64,000 nucleotides of DNA from positions 1,248,001 to 1,312,000 of the forward strand of contig CBDFLE010000005.1 of NCBI GenBank assembly GCA_965248925.1, written 5' to 3'. Shown here one piece after another: positions 41,298-51,025 of the stretch. The position numbers and the translations under genes were made by a program. This DNA comes from Candidatus Multivoradales bacterium. GTDB lineage: Bacteria; Acidobacteriota; Thermoanaerobaculia; Multivoradales; J023. Positions within the stretch are counted from its first letter, which is position 1. Each line of letters begins with the position of its first letter. Below the pieces are notes generated by a model, which saw only the letters and a program-made list of their open reading frames with translations, did no database searches and was not told the DNA's origin.

Positions 41298-42909
41298 TTC
41301 CGCCTTCTCTCTCTGCTCCACCGGCCGGCTTGGGCGGCCGCGAGGTGGGTGAACCTCCGCTCGGTAGCAGCAGGTGGAACACACTGCCACCGTCTGGATT
41401 GTCGACCACCCAGATCGCCCCGCCGTGGGCATCGACGATCTCGCGGCAGATCGCTAGCCCGAGACCAACGCTGCCTTTTGCCCGCCGGGCGGCCGCCCCA
41501 CCTTGTTGAAACTTCTCGAAAATCCTCACCTTATGCTCATCCGGCACCCCGATACCCCGATCAGCAATGCTGAGCATGGCGAATCCACCAGTACCTAGTT
41601 TGGGCCGCAAACTTGCCGGCACTTCCCTTGGCAACTCGGCACACTGCACTACCCGCACCGCCAGTGGTGCGCCCACGGGTGAGAACTTGAGAGCGTTCTC
41701 AAGCAGGTTTTCGATCACCTGAATCAGCCGATCGCCGTCTAGACGCAGCCGCACCGGCTGCTGGGGCATATCCACCTGCAACTCGATCCGGCGCTCAGCC
41801 AGGCGGGTCTCGAGCTCTACCACCACCAGGCGGGTCAGAGCGACCAGGTCTCGCGGCTTGAGATCCAGCTCCAATCCACCAGCTTCCATATGCGACAAGT
41901 CGAGCAGCTTGGAGATCATCGCCGACAGCCGCCGGCCGCTTTCCAGATTGAGCGTCACCAAGCGACGTTGCTTGGCGGTCAGCGGTCCGGGAATCTGTTC
42001 CAGCAACAGTTGATTGGTCTCGTGCATCGCCGTCAACGGAGTCTTCAACTCGTGGGATACATGGGCCAAGAACTGCTTCTTCATCTGGTCCAGGGCATCG
42101 AGACGCCGCACCATCTTGTTGAACGAGGCCGCCAGGCGGGCGAACTCGTCGCCCCGCGAATCGTCGAGCTGGTAGGTAAACCGTCCCTCGGCCACCGCCC
42201 GAGTGCCAGCGATCAGCCTTTTGAGTGGCTCATTGATCGAGCGAATGGTGACAAAGCCGACCACGAAGGTCATCAGCAAAGCCGCCGCCGCCACGCTCCA
42301 CGAGACGCGGCGGGCTTGGCTGCTGGCGTTGGCCACCAAGCTGGTCTGGTTTTGGATCGCCTGTTTGGTGGCTTGCAAGGCACTGTCGACTCGCCGGCCC
42401 AACAACTCCAAGCGACTGAGTTCGAAGGAACGTTCGAGCTGGTCGAGGCGCCCTATCTCCTCGACCAACTCACCGATCTCTTGCACCGCCGCCGCCGGCA
42501 GGCCACTCTTGAGCTGCTTGACTGAAGGCAGGGACGCGACCTCCATACCGCCGCCCACTTCGCCCTCTTCCCATAACTGCCGCAGCGCCGCCAGCGCCGA
42601 CGCTTCTGCAGGTGAACGAGTCACCGAGTCCAGTCGCGCCAAATGCAGACCGAATTCAGTGCTCAGTTGGGTGAGGCGATCACCGTATACCGGATCGCCG
42701 GTGAGGTAGAGTTTGCGGGTCATTTCAGTGAGTTCACCGACCCGGCTGCGCAAATCCGCCGCGATCGAAGCCGCCTCGAGCTTGGTCTGCGCCAGGTCGC
42801 GGTTAACTCCCACCAGGTAGCGCAGCATTTGCGCATGGTAGGCCAACACGCCGACCAACACCGCCGCCAGCAGCACGGCGCCAGCCACCATCTTGGTCGA
42901 TACTCTCAC
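41287..42909 (-). CDS. HAMP-domain sensor histidine kinase (GlrK/QseE-like)
   Basis: Two TMs, HAMP, SHELKTPL, NLLENALKF, D.G.G and GLGL motifs. Confidence 0.93.
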   Translation of the reverse strand: MRVSTKMVAGAVLLAAVLVGVLAYHAQMLRYLVGVNRDLAQTKLEAASIAADLRSRVGELTEMTRKLYLTGDPVYGDRLTQLSTEFGLHLARLDSVTRSPAEASALAALRQLWEEGEVGGGMEVASLPSVKQLKSGLPAAAVQEIGELVEEIGRLDQLERSFELSRLELLGRRVDSALQATKQAIQNQTSLVANASSQARRVSWSVAAAALLMTFVVGFVTIRSINEPLKRLIAGTRAVAEGRFTYQLDDSRGDEFARLAASFNKMVRRLDALDQMKKQFLAHVSHELKTPLTAMHETNQLLLEQIPGPLTAKQRRLVTLNLESGRRLSAMISKLLDLSHMEAGGLELDLKPRDLVALTRLVVVELETRLAERRIELQVDMPQQPVRLRLDGDRLIQVIENLLENALKFSPVGAPLAVRVVQCAELPREVPASLRPKLGTGGFAMLSIADRGIGVPDEHKVRIFEKFQQGGAAARRAKGSVGLGLAICREIVDAHGGAIWVVDNPDGGSVFHLLLPSGGSPTSRPPKPAGGAEREGGNER

Positions 42910-42927
42910 TCCGTTCTCACTCCCGGC

Positions 42928-44304
42928 TCAGCGCGCCGACTCCGCCACTTTGCCGTAGGCTCTTAGCTTGTTGCGAATGGTCTTGACGTCGAGACCTAGC
43001 TGGCGCGCCGCCTTAGCCTTGTTATTGGCAACCTGTTTGAGCGTCTCTTGAATCACGAATCGCTCAGCCTCGGCCATGGTGACCTTCGGCGGCAGAGTCA
43101 AACGTGTTTGCAGCTCGCCCTGGGAGCTCCACACGAAGGCTGGCAAGTGCTGCTGGGTGATCCAGCCCTTGCCGGCGACAATCACCGCCCGCTCCATGAC
43201 GTTACGCAGTTCCCGCACATTGCCCGGCCAGGGATAGAGCCGCAGCCTCTCTTCGACGATTGGATCCAGTCCCTCGACATTGGCACTATGCTTGCGATTG
43301 AATTCGCCAACGAAATGTTGGGCGAGCAAGGGAATATCATCCAGTCGTTGCCGCAGAGGCGGCAGTGCCACGGTGAAGACATTGAGGCGGTAGTAGAGAT
43401 CCTGCCGCAGACTTCCCTCTTCGACCGCCCGCGGCGGTTCCCGATTGGTCGCCGCCAACAGGCGAACATCGAACTCCATCTCCCGCGCTCCACCAAGACG
43501 CCGCACACGACAATCTTCGAGCACGCGCAAGAACTTTGGCTGCACTGGCAGCGGCATCTCGGCGAATTCATCGAGAAATAAGGTGCCCCGATCGGCGAGT
43601 TCGAACCACCCAGCCTTGGTGGCCACGGCGCCGGTAAAGGCCCCCTTTTCATGCCCGAACAACTCGCTCTCGACCAGTCCTTCGGCGATCGCCGCGGTGT
43701 TGACCGCGATGTAGGGGTGCGGACTGCGGCTGCTCAGCTGATGGATGGTCCTGGCGACCAGTTCTTTGCCGGTGCCGGACTCACCGATGATGATCGCCGA
43801 CGCCTGATTCTTGGCCAGTAACTTGAGGGTCTTGTAGAGCTTGCGCATCGGCCGGCTGATACCGACGATCGGCCCCAGTCCAGCCCGCTGATCGAGGCGC
43901 CGCTGGAGCTGGCGGCTGACGATGCCGCGCTGGTGGTCGTGTAAAGCACTTTCTAACGTGGTCTTGAGCTTGTCGTAGTCCAGCGGTTTGGTCAGAAAAT
44001 CCCTCGCGCCGTACTTCATCGCCCGCACTGCCGCGTCGATCGAACCGTAGGCGGTGATCAGGATCACCACCCGGCGCGAATTCTCTTGCCGCAACCAGCG
44101 CAGCAATTCCAACCCCGAGAAGTCAGGCAACGAGACATCGGTGATCACCACCGCTGGATCGTGGCGCGCGGCCAGGCGCCGAGCCTGCTCGCCGGTTTCG
44201 GCCAGAAGGACCTCGAATCCCCAGGGCTGGAGACGCATTTCCAGCACCTCGCGCATCGCCGCTTCGTCGTCGACAACCAATACTCTGGGCAGCCTGGTGC
44301 TCAT
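42928..44304 (-). CDS. Sigma-54-dependent response regulator (NtrC family: REC-AAA-HTH_8)
   Basis: VVDDE receiver; GESGTGKE; GAFTGA; WPGNVREL; Fis-type HTH. Confidence 0.95.
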   Translation of the reverse strand: MSTRLPRVLVVDDEAAMREVLEMRLQPWGFEVLLAETGEQARRLAARHDPAVVITDVSLPDFSGLELLRWLRQENSRRVVILITAYGSIDAAVRAMKYGARDFLTKPLDYDKLKTTLESALHDHQRGIVSRQLQRRLDQRAGLGPIVGISRPMRKLYKTLKLLAKNQASAIIIGESGTGKELVARTIHQLSSRSPHPYIAVNTAAIAEGLVESELFGHEKGAFTGAVATKAGWFELADRGTLFLDEFAEMPLPVQPKFLRVLEDCRVRRLGGAREMEFDVRLLAATNREPPRAVEEGSLRQDLYYRLNVFTVALPPLRQRLDDIPLLAQHFVGEFNRKHSANVEGLDPIVEERLRLYPWPGNVRELRNVMERAVIVAGKGWITQQHLPAFVWSSQGELQTRLTLPPKVTMAEAERFVIQETLKQVANNKAKAARQLGLDVKTIRNKLRAYGKVAESAR

Positions 44305-44512
44305 CCGACTCGATCCCCCAGTCCATGCCGCCGCTCGAAACTCCGAGCTGCTGAGCCGAAGCCTATGCAACTGGCGGGGATGGATCTGTGGTCGGCTTGC
44401 ATTTGCATATTGCAATTTACCACAGAAAGCTGTCGGCCTACGCGAAGCGCCAGAAGCCGGTGGCTGCCCCCCTCAGCAGCCGCTCCACAGCTGTCGTATA
44501 CTCGGCCCACCG

Positions 44513-45334
44513 ATGTCAGCCTCGTCCCTCCTAGCTGAATCCTCAGCCAACGAACTTGAGCACTCTGCTAACCCGGATCCGCCATTCGATGCGCGCAAGC
44601 CATCGCCCTTGTTGTTGCTCAGCGAAGGACGTGCCCTCTATGAATTGAGCTGGTACTGGCTAGCCCGGCCGATGCTCGACCGGGCCGCTCATGGCGACGG
44701 GCATCCGGTGTTGGTGCTTCCGGGCTTCGTCGCCACTGGGTTGTCAACCCGCCCACTGCGCAGTTTCTTGCGTCAGCATGAGTTTGGCGCCCACTGCTGG
44801 GCTCAGGGACGCAATCTCGGACCGGTTGAAGGACTCGAAGACCGCTTGGAAGAACGCCTAGGGGAACTACACCAGCGCTACGGCCGCAAGGTCAGCCTGG
44901 TCGGCTGGAGCCTCGGCGGTGTTTTTGCCCGCCTGCTCGCCAACCGCGCACCCGACTTGGTGCGTTCGGTCATCACTTTGGGCAGCCCATTCCGAAACGA
45001 CCCCAAGGCTAACCGTAGCTGGCGGCTGATGGAGCTGCTCAGCGGTCAGCGCATCGACCAGGTGCCGACCGAGACCTTTGCGCGGATACGAAACACCCCT
45101 CCGGTGCCAACGACCTCCGTCTACTCGCGCACCGACGGCGTCGCCGCGTGGCGCTGCTGCATCGATCGAGAAGGGCCACAAGCAGAGAACGTCGAGGTCT
45201 CTGGCAGCCATTGTGGCCTGGGGTGGAATCCGCTGGTGCTCTACTTGCTGGCCGATCGACTGGCACAGCCCGAAGGCTCTTGGCAGCGGTTTGAAGCACC
45301 ACGAGCCTTGCGCTGGCTCTACCCCAGTAGCTAG
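44513..45334 (+). CDS. Alpha/beta-hydrolase (esterase/lipase)
   Basis: PVLVLPGF, GWSLGG nucleophile elbow, DGV and SH.G motifs. Confidence 0.88.
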   Translation: MSASSLLAESSANELEHSANPDPPFDARKPSPLLLLSEGRALYELSWYWLARPMLDRAAHGDGHPVLVLPGFVATGLSTRPLRSFLRQHEFGAHCWAQGRNLGPVEGLEDRLEERLGELHQRYGRKVSLVGWSLGGVFARLLANRAPDLVRSVITLGSPFRNDPKANRSWRLMELLSGQRIDQVPTETFARIRNTPPVPTTSVYSRTDGVAAWRCCIDREGPQAENVEVSGSHCGLGWNPLVLYLLADRLAQPEGSWQRFEAPRALRWLYPSS

Positions 45335-45402
45335 GACCAAGTCCGACCAGCATCTCGCAATCACCTGGCGTCGAAGTTGACCCGGCGCCTCCAGGAGCGG
45401 CA

Positions 45403-46824
45403 ATGCAACAGCTCAGCGGACTCGACGCTTCCTTTCTCTACCTCGAGACCGAAAACGCACCGATGCACATCGGTGGAGTCTCGATTCTCGACCCGACAAC
45501 CGAGAACGGCAAGCTCGACTTCGCTGGATTCAGCAAATTCATCGCCAGCCGGCTGCATGTCACTCGCACCTTCCGCCAGCGGTTGGTCGAAGTACCGCTG
45601 AACTTGGGCAAGCCCTATTGGATCGACGATGACCAGTTCGAACTTTCGGCCCATGTCGAGCAAACCCAACTGCCCCACCCCGGCGGCATGCGCGAGCTGT
45701 CGGCGCTGGTCTCCTGGCAGCTGGAGCAACAGCTCGACCGCAAGCGGCCCCTCTGGCACATTCTGTGGGCGTCAGGTATCGACTCCATCGCCGGCATCCC
45801 AAACGGATCCGTGGCGCTGATCAGCAAGGTCCACCACGCCGCGATCGACGGCATGTCGGGAGCGGCGATCTTGGGTGCTCTCTTCGACCTCAGCCCGACG
45901 CCGGCGCCACTACACCCCGCTCCCCCTCTTCGAACCAGCGAGACGCCGAGCAAAGCGCGGTTGTTAGGCCGGGCCTATCGCAACTTGCTGCGCTCGCCGC
46001 TCGCTCTGCGCGGGGCAGCGGGCTCTACTGCCAGCGGCCTGGCAAAGACCGCCAGCGCCCGTTGGGAAAAAGATGTGGAGCCACCACCGATGCCGTTCAG
46101 CGCACCGCGAACGCCGCTCAATGTGCCGGTGGGCAAACGCCGCACCTGGGGCGGCGCCCTGCTCTCGCTGGAGCGCATCAAGAAGCTCAAGAAAGCTGCC
46201 GGCGGCACGGTCAACGACGTTGTCCTCGCCCTCTGCGCCGGTGCCCTGCGACGCCACCTTCTTAACCTCGAAGCGCTGCCTGAGAAGCCGCTGGTGGCCA
46301 TGGTGCCGGTGTCCGTTCGGGACGATTCGGAGCGCGGCACGATGGGCAACCAGGTGTCAGCCATGTTGGTTTCTCTGGCGACGGATGTGGCAGATCCTCT
46401 GCCGCGCCTGCGCGCCATCCACCAAGGCACCCGCCGCTCCAAAACCTTCCACAAAGCGATCGGTGCTCGCACCTTGACCGAGGTCTCAAATTTCATTCCC
46501 TTCTCTCTCGCTGGCCTCGCCGCCAGGCTCTATAGCCGCAGCCGCCTCGCCGACCGCCACCGGCCCTTGTTCAACCTGGTGATTACCAATGTGCCCGGTC
46601 CGCAAGCGCCCCTCTATGTTCATGGCGCCCGCCTGCTGGCCCATGTCGGCATGGCGCCGATCTTCGATGGGATGGGCTTGATCCTGCCGATCTTCAGCTA
46701 CGCTGGTCAGCTGGCCATCGGCGTTACCTCGTGCCCCGAAGTAATCTCGGATCCGGAGCGCTTCGCCAGCTACTTGAAAGAAGAGCTCAAAGACCTCGAA
46801 AACGCTGTTCTCAGCACCGCGTAG
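45403..46824 (+). CDS. Wax ester synthase/diacylglycerol acyltransferase (WS/DGAT)
   Basis: LDASFLYLE..PMH, LDRKRPLW, catalytic HHAAIDG, TVNDVVLA and NLVITNVPGP motifs. Confidence 0.95.
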   Translation: MQQLSGLDASFLYLETENAPMHIGGVSILDPTTENGKLDFAGFSKFIASRLHVTRTFRQRLVEVPLNLGKPYWIDDDQFELSAHVEQTQLPHPGGMRELSALVSWQLEQQLDRKRPLWHILWASGIDSIAGIPNGSVALISKVHHAAIDGMSGAAILGALFDLSPTPAPLHPAPPLRTSETPSKARLLGRAYRNLLRSPLALRGAAGSTASGLAKTASARWEKDVEPPPMPFSAPRTPLNVPVGKRRTWGGALLSLERIKKLKKAAGGTVNDVVLALCAGALRRHLLNLEALPEKPLVAMVPVSVRDDSERGTMGNQVSAMLVSLATDVADPLPRLRAIHQGTRRSKTFHKAIGARTLTEVSNFIPFSLAGLAARLYSRSRLADRHRPLFNLVITNVPGPQAPLYVHGARLLAHVGMAPIFDGMGLILPIFSYAGQLAIGVTSCPEVISDPERFASYLKEELKDLENAVLSTA

Positions 46825-47003
46825 CCCGCAGCGGTTCCTGCTGAACCAGCACCCGAATCACCTCAATCTGCGTCTTTCGCCGCTGCCGAGGTCGGCAGCG
46901 AGCGAAGATTTCTCGCCCCAGCAGAGAGCCGCCTGGAACTAGAGCCCCTATGGTAGAAACGGATTGGAGGTCTGTATCTTTAGGGCCCCGGAAGGCACCA
47001 TTG

Positions 47004-48041
47004 ATGGCAAAAAGATCACCGATTCGGCCGCTCGAACTTCCTGATCTCGTCGGCAATACGCCGCTACTACACCTGGACCGAGTTCTCGGTAAACTACCCT
47101 TTCGCCTCTACGGCAAATTCGAAGGCGCCAACGCTACTGGCAGCAGCAAGGATCGGCCCGCTTCGGAAGTGATCGAGCGCGCCTTCGAGCGCGGAGAAAT
47201 CAATCGAGAAACCACCATCATAGAATCGAGTTCCGGCAACATGGGCATCGCCCTAGCTCAGGTTTGCTCGCGCCATGGTCTCAGATTTATCTGCGTTGTC
47301 GACCCCAAGATCACCGGCCAGAGCCTAGCTCTGCTCAGAGCCTACGGCGCCGAGATAGAGATGGTGCCGGCGCCGGATGCAAAGAGCGGAGAATTCCTGA
47401 TCGCCCGACTCGAGCGGATCGACGAGATGCTGGTCGAGATTCCCAACAGCTACTGGACTCGCCAATACTCCAATCCCGACAATCCAAGGGCACATTTCCG
47501 CACCATGCAGGAGATCTCAGAAGGGCTGGATGGACAAGTGGACTATCTGTTCATCGCCACCGGATCGTGTGGCACGATCCGCGGTTGTGCTGACTACATC
47601 GCTGACAACCATCTCGAAACTCGACTGGTGGCCGTCGACGCGGTCGGTAGTGTAATCTACGGTGGTGAGCGGACCCAGCGACTAATTCCGGGCTTCGGCT
47701 CAGCCAAGCGGCCGAAAATTTTCCGCGAAGACATGGCGGATGGTTTCGTCAAGATCGACGACCAAGAGAGTGTTATCGGCTGCCATTGGTTGGTGCAACG
47801 AGAAGCAATTCTCGGCGGCGGCTCTTCAGGCGCGGTAATTATGGCGATCGACAGAATGCAGCAGCAAATCCGGCCCGATACCAACGTCGTCGCCCTGCTG
47901 CCAGATCGCGGAGACCGTTACCTGGATACGATTTATTCGGTAGACTGGGTCAAGGAACACTTCGGCGACATTTCCCATTTTTGGGAGACAAGTCGGCGAG
48001 TTCCTGCTCAACTACTGGCCAGCCCAGTACCACTCCAATGA
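47004..48041 (+). CDS. sbnA: 2,3-diaminopropionate biosynthesis PLP enzyme SbnA
   Basis: CysK-like fold (GSSKDR, ESSSGNMG) with SbnA-type CVVDPK, RLIPG and DRYLDTIY..W motifs; sbnB homologue nearby. Confidence 0.85.
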   Translation: MAKRSPIRPLELPDLVGNTPLLHLDRVLGKLPFRLYGKFEGANATGSSKDRPASEVIERAFERGEINRETTIIESSSGNMGIALAQVCSRHGLRFICVVDPKITGQSLALLRAYGAEIEMVPAPDAKSGEFLIARLERIDEMLVEIPNSYWTRQYSNPDNPRAHFRTMQEISEGLDGQVDYLFIATGSCGTIRGCADYIADNHLETRLVAVDAVGSVIYGGERTQRLIPGFGSAKRPKIFREDMADGFVKIDDQESVIGCHWLVQREAILGGGSSGAVIMAIDRMQQQIRPDTNVVALLPDRGDRYLDTIYSVDWVKEHFGDISHFWETSRRVPAQLLASPVPLQ

Positions 48042-48084
48042 ACTAACTCAGCCCAATGGACTCAATCGCGGAGATGCACAGATC

Positions 48085-48546
48085 ATGAAACTCGGAGACG
48101 TATTGCGGAAAGAGAGGCAGAAAGCCTCGCTTTCTACCCAGGAAGTAGCTCAAAAAATGAGCCTAGCGACCGATGCGTACGAAGAAATTGAAGCTGGCGA
48201 CTCAGATGCCGAGGTCTGGGGACCGCGCCTAGCTTTGATCGCCATCGAACTCGAAACTCCAACCTCGCGTCTCCTCGCCACCAGCGGTCGCGCCGCCGAC
48301 ACCGTCCAGGGCCAGGCTGGTGGACTCATCAAAGGACATCGAGAGAGGCGCGAGAAGAGCATTGAGCAACTTGCAGCTGCTTTAGAAATAACCACCGACG
48401 ACTATACTCAAATCGAGGCCGGTGAGTCTCCGCTAGAGACCTTAGGCCCGCAGCTACTAGCCTTTTCAGAAGCTATTGAACAGCCGGTCTTCAATCTCTT
48501 CTATCCCTGCGGCCTACCATTCCAAGAGCTGGACGACTATCCCTGA
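48085..48546 (+). CDS. Tandem XRE/HTH_3-domain protein
   Basis: Two internal repeats: G..L...R...S..EVA......Y..IEAG.S..E..GP.L. Confidence 0.82.
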   Translation: MKLGDVLRKERQKASLSTQEVAQKMSLATDAYEEIEAGDSDAEVWGPRLALIAIELETPTSRLLATSGRAADTVQGQAGGLIKGHRERREKSIEQLAAALEITTDDYTQIEAGESPLETLGPQLLAFSEAIEQPVFNLFYPCGLPFQELDDYP

Positions 48547-48572
48547 GCCTTCCCCCCCCCTCAGCAGCTCCG

Positions 48573-48602
48573 CGCGCGGTTCACCAAGTGGCGAGCCGCG
48601 CG
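48573..48602. terminator. Hairpin between the convergent XRE and sbnB genes
   Basis: CGCGCGGTTCACC...GGCGAGCCGCGCG imperfect stem. Confidence 0.45.
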
Positions 48603-48624
48603 TTGCCGCCTCCTCGCTCGTGCC

Positions 48625-49653
48625 TCAGTCGCGGGCAGTCCAAGGAGCCGGTAGGAACCCACGCAGACGGGTGCCAACCCCCTCCTCCTCGGCCAAACGC
48701 ACGGCCAAACCGCCGACCGCCAGATCCAACACCCCCAAACCAAAGGGGCTAAAGACCACTGCGCGCTCGCTGTCGGAACGGGCTGGTTGATTGCCGAGCA
48801 GGATGTCAGCCAGCGGACAGCGGACAAAGTCGCGATGGCCGACCTCAGTCTCGGTGAGATGTATCGAAGTGCCAGCTCTCGCCACATGATCGAGATCGTC
48901 GACTACGTTGTCAGCTGCCAGAATCGCCCGCGGAGCCAAATCGCGCAAAGAAATATGTAGCACCACTCCACCAGCAGCCATCGGAGAAAGGTCGTCTAGG
49001 TAGGGAGCACCAGCTGTCGTAGCGAAAGACACCAGAGAGCGCCCAGCGAGCAGCTGCTCCATGCTGGGCACCTGCTCGATCTCGACCTCACCCAGACTGC
49101 GGCGGCAATGGTCGACAAATTGCTTCGCCCGTTCGTCGGACAGATCGAAAACGAGAACCCTCTCCAGACCGCTGAGGGCAGACCGCAGAAACCGCAGAAT
49201 TTCGAAATTTATCAGGCCACATCCCACCAAGGCAACACTCTCCACGCGACGGCCATCAAGCAACACCCGCGCCGCCAAAGCCGCGCTCGCGGCGGTCCGC
49301 TTGGAGCTGACAATCGAAGCTTCCAATAGTGCCTCGGGATGCCCCGTGCGAGCCGAGTTCAGCGCCATCAACGCTGAGGCCCTGTCAAGTCCTGAGGTGA
49401 TGTTGCCTGGGAACGAAGATATCCACTTCATCCCCGCCAGATCGTAGTCTCCGCCCAAGAAGGCCGGCAGGCATATGATCCTGTTCGCAGGTTCCTCGGG
49501 GAAACGTAGGAAGCTCGAATGAGGCAGAGAGCTAGCGCCTTGACGATGCAACCTGTAGGCGGCGGCGACTTCATCGAGAATCTGCGTCTCTCGGTCTCTC
49601 AACAGAGAGAAAATCTCGTCACCCCTTAGGATCAACAAATGGTCATCAGTCAA
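48625..49653 (-). CDS. sbnB: 2,3-diaminopropionate biosynthesis protein SbnB (ornithine cyclodeaminase family)
   Basis: LPHSSFLRFP..NRII.LPA, KWISSFPGN, RTAASAALAA, GCGLINFE, LHISLRDL and FSPFGLGVLD motifs. Confidence 0.92.
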   Translation of the reverse strand: MTDDHLLILRGDEIFSLLRDRETQILDEVAAAYRLHRQGASSLPHSSFLRFPEEPANRIICLPAFLGGDYDLAGMKWISSFPGNITSGLDRASALMALNSARTGHPEALLEASIVSSKRTAASAALAARVLLDGRRVESVALVGCGLINFEILRFLRSALSGLERVLVFDLSDERAKQFVDHCRRSLGEVEIEQVPSMEQLLAGRSLVSFATTAGAPYLDDLSPMAAGGVVLHISLRDLAPRAILAADNVVDDLDHVARAGTSIHLTETEVGHRDFVRCPLADILLGNQPARSDSERAVVFSPFGLGVLDLAVGGLAVRLAEEEGVGTRLRGFLPAPWTARD

Positions 49654-50009
49654 TAGCTCAACCTCAGAGCATAAAGCCGCCTGAACGACAAAACGCCCAA
49701 TTTACAGTGAATTCTCTATCAAACACCCACAATCTCGGCATCGTCTTCACCGATCCAAATTGCTGGCAGATGTCTGACCGCTAGCTCTCTACGTCTGCGA
49801 CCGGGCCTCGACCGCCGAAGTCAAAGTCCGACCCCCGCATTATGTCGTCAGGCACTTGCCCGCAAATTCTAACACACCACCACCAACCGAAGTGAACTGC
49901 TCTGTACCGTCGAGCGGAGCTGAAGACAGATAACGCATCTAAACCTGTACAAGGTAGATTGTTAAACTTAGTCACTTCACAAGAGCCTCTTATCGACAGC
50001 TAGACAAAA

Positions 50010-50064
50010 GATAGAAACTGTTCTATCGCTACTCGTTGACAGAGTAAGATGCCTCATCTATTCT
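50010..50064 (+). promoter_or_regulatory. Sigma-70 promoter with an upstream palindrome
   Basis: TTGACA (50036-50041), 17-bp spacer, TATTCT (50059-50064). Dyad GATAGAA-ACTG-TTCTATC at 50010-50027. Confidence 0.65.
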
Positions 50065-50625
50065 TCCCCCACACCAAAGCCTTGGGGTGGTCATTCAACT
50101 CCAGGCGAGTAGGGGACCAAAACTTGATCAGACTAAATCCAGACTAGAGTCAGCTATTCGAGAACTCGCCAAACTGAGTTCTTGGTGTCAGCCTACGTGC
50201 TAGTGGTCGGCAATAGCGACCTACAATCCATCCTCCAGGAACCGCTTAGGGGGCCTGGAAAGCGTGGAGCGCGCCTACCAGCCGGAAGCCTGCAAAACCT
50301 TTTTGGTAAGTAGTCGAACAGGATACCGCTGTCTACTTGCAGCTCTCTTGGGAGCTTGGGCCAGATCATCGGCCCGAGTCAGCTCACTTTCTTTCACAGA
50401 CGGTAACCAGAGCGAATGAAATCCGCAACCTGGGCTTCACCGGGAGAATTGCGCGCGCCAGAAGGAGTGTCTAAATGCAACGCCTGCCGCCTTGACAGTC
50501 CACCATCGATAGACTTTTCATCACGAGATAGCAGCAACTTTTTGCATACGTTTAACTACACTTCAAACGAGTTCCTAATCGAACCCGAATTCAACCGTCC
50601 CCATCCTTATTGAGGAAATCATTCC

Positions 50626-50799
50626 ATGTCGATCAACACCTTCCGCCAGAACCTACTCAACAATGAGTCATCCAGCCCCATGAACCACGCCTTGGTCAAG
50701 CTGCAGAATGTCTCGAATCCCGCCGACTTACTGAGCAAGTCGAGCGTCGACTTTTTCCAGTGGCAGCCGTGGAATCCCGACGCCGAGACCAATATCTGA
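50626..50799 (+). CDS. ComX-like precursor peptide 1 (57 aa): MSINTFRQNLLNNESSSPMNHALVKLQNVSNPADLLSKSSVDFFQWQPWNPDAETNI
   Basis: GAGGA RBS at 50612-50616; below the ORF-track cutoff; paralogous to 55319-55498; upstream of the ComQ-like gene. Confidence 0.85.
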   Translation: MSINTFRQNLLNNESSSPMNHALVKLQNVSNPADLLSKSSVDFFQWQPWNPDAETNI

Positions 50800-50818
50800 C
50801 CGGGTCCCACCCCACCAA

Positions 50819-50843
50819 GCTGCCGCCGTCCAGTGGCGGCAGC
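50819..50843 (+). terminator. GC hairpin after peptide 1 (mRNA stabiliser or partial terminator)
   Basis: GCTGCCGCC-N7-GGCGGCAGC perfect 9-bp stem; no U tract. Confidence 0.55.
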
Positions 50844-51025
50844 GCCCGACCTTCCGATTGAGATCGCTGCTGATCACACCCAGCGCTCGCTGCTGCCGCG
50901 GCCCAGCCAGGACTTGCCAGGATCCGTTATTGCTCCCTATAATGGCCGCCTCCAGACCATGGCCACCCCCGGTAGGAAACCAGAAAGCTAGCAGGGGAAG
51001 GAGCCCAAAAAGTATCGGAGCGGCG

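Noticed and set aside
44054-44512. Long N-terminal extension of the hydrolase overlapping the response regulator
   Set aside because: Antisense overlap with a well-conserved gene; the hydrolase-like sequence starts after ATG 44513.
50256-50309. WKAW-encoding stretch as a third precursor peptide
   Set aside because: In-frame TAG at 50247-50249 and no start codon in between.
50492-50515. TTGACA...TAGACT as a proximal sigma-70 promoter
   Set aside because: Spacer is only 12 bp.
50416-50613. 65-aa ORF just upstream of peptide 1 as the precursor
   Set aside because: No clear RBS, no C-terminal Trp motif and no paralogue; its stop overlaps the RBS of the better-supported 50626 ORF.
50858-51025. 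N-terminal extensions given by the ORF track for the prenyltransferase (50858) and kinase (51829)
   Set aside because: The RBS supports ATG 51026; the ATGA overlap supports 51997 for the kinase.
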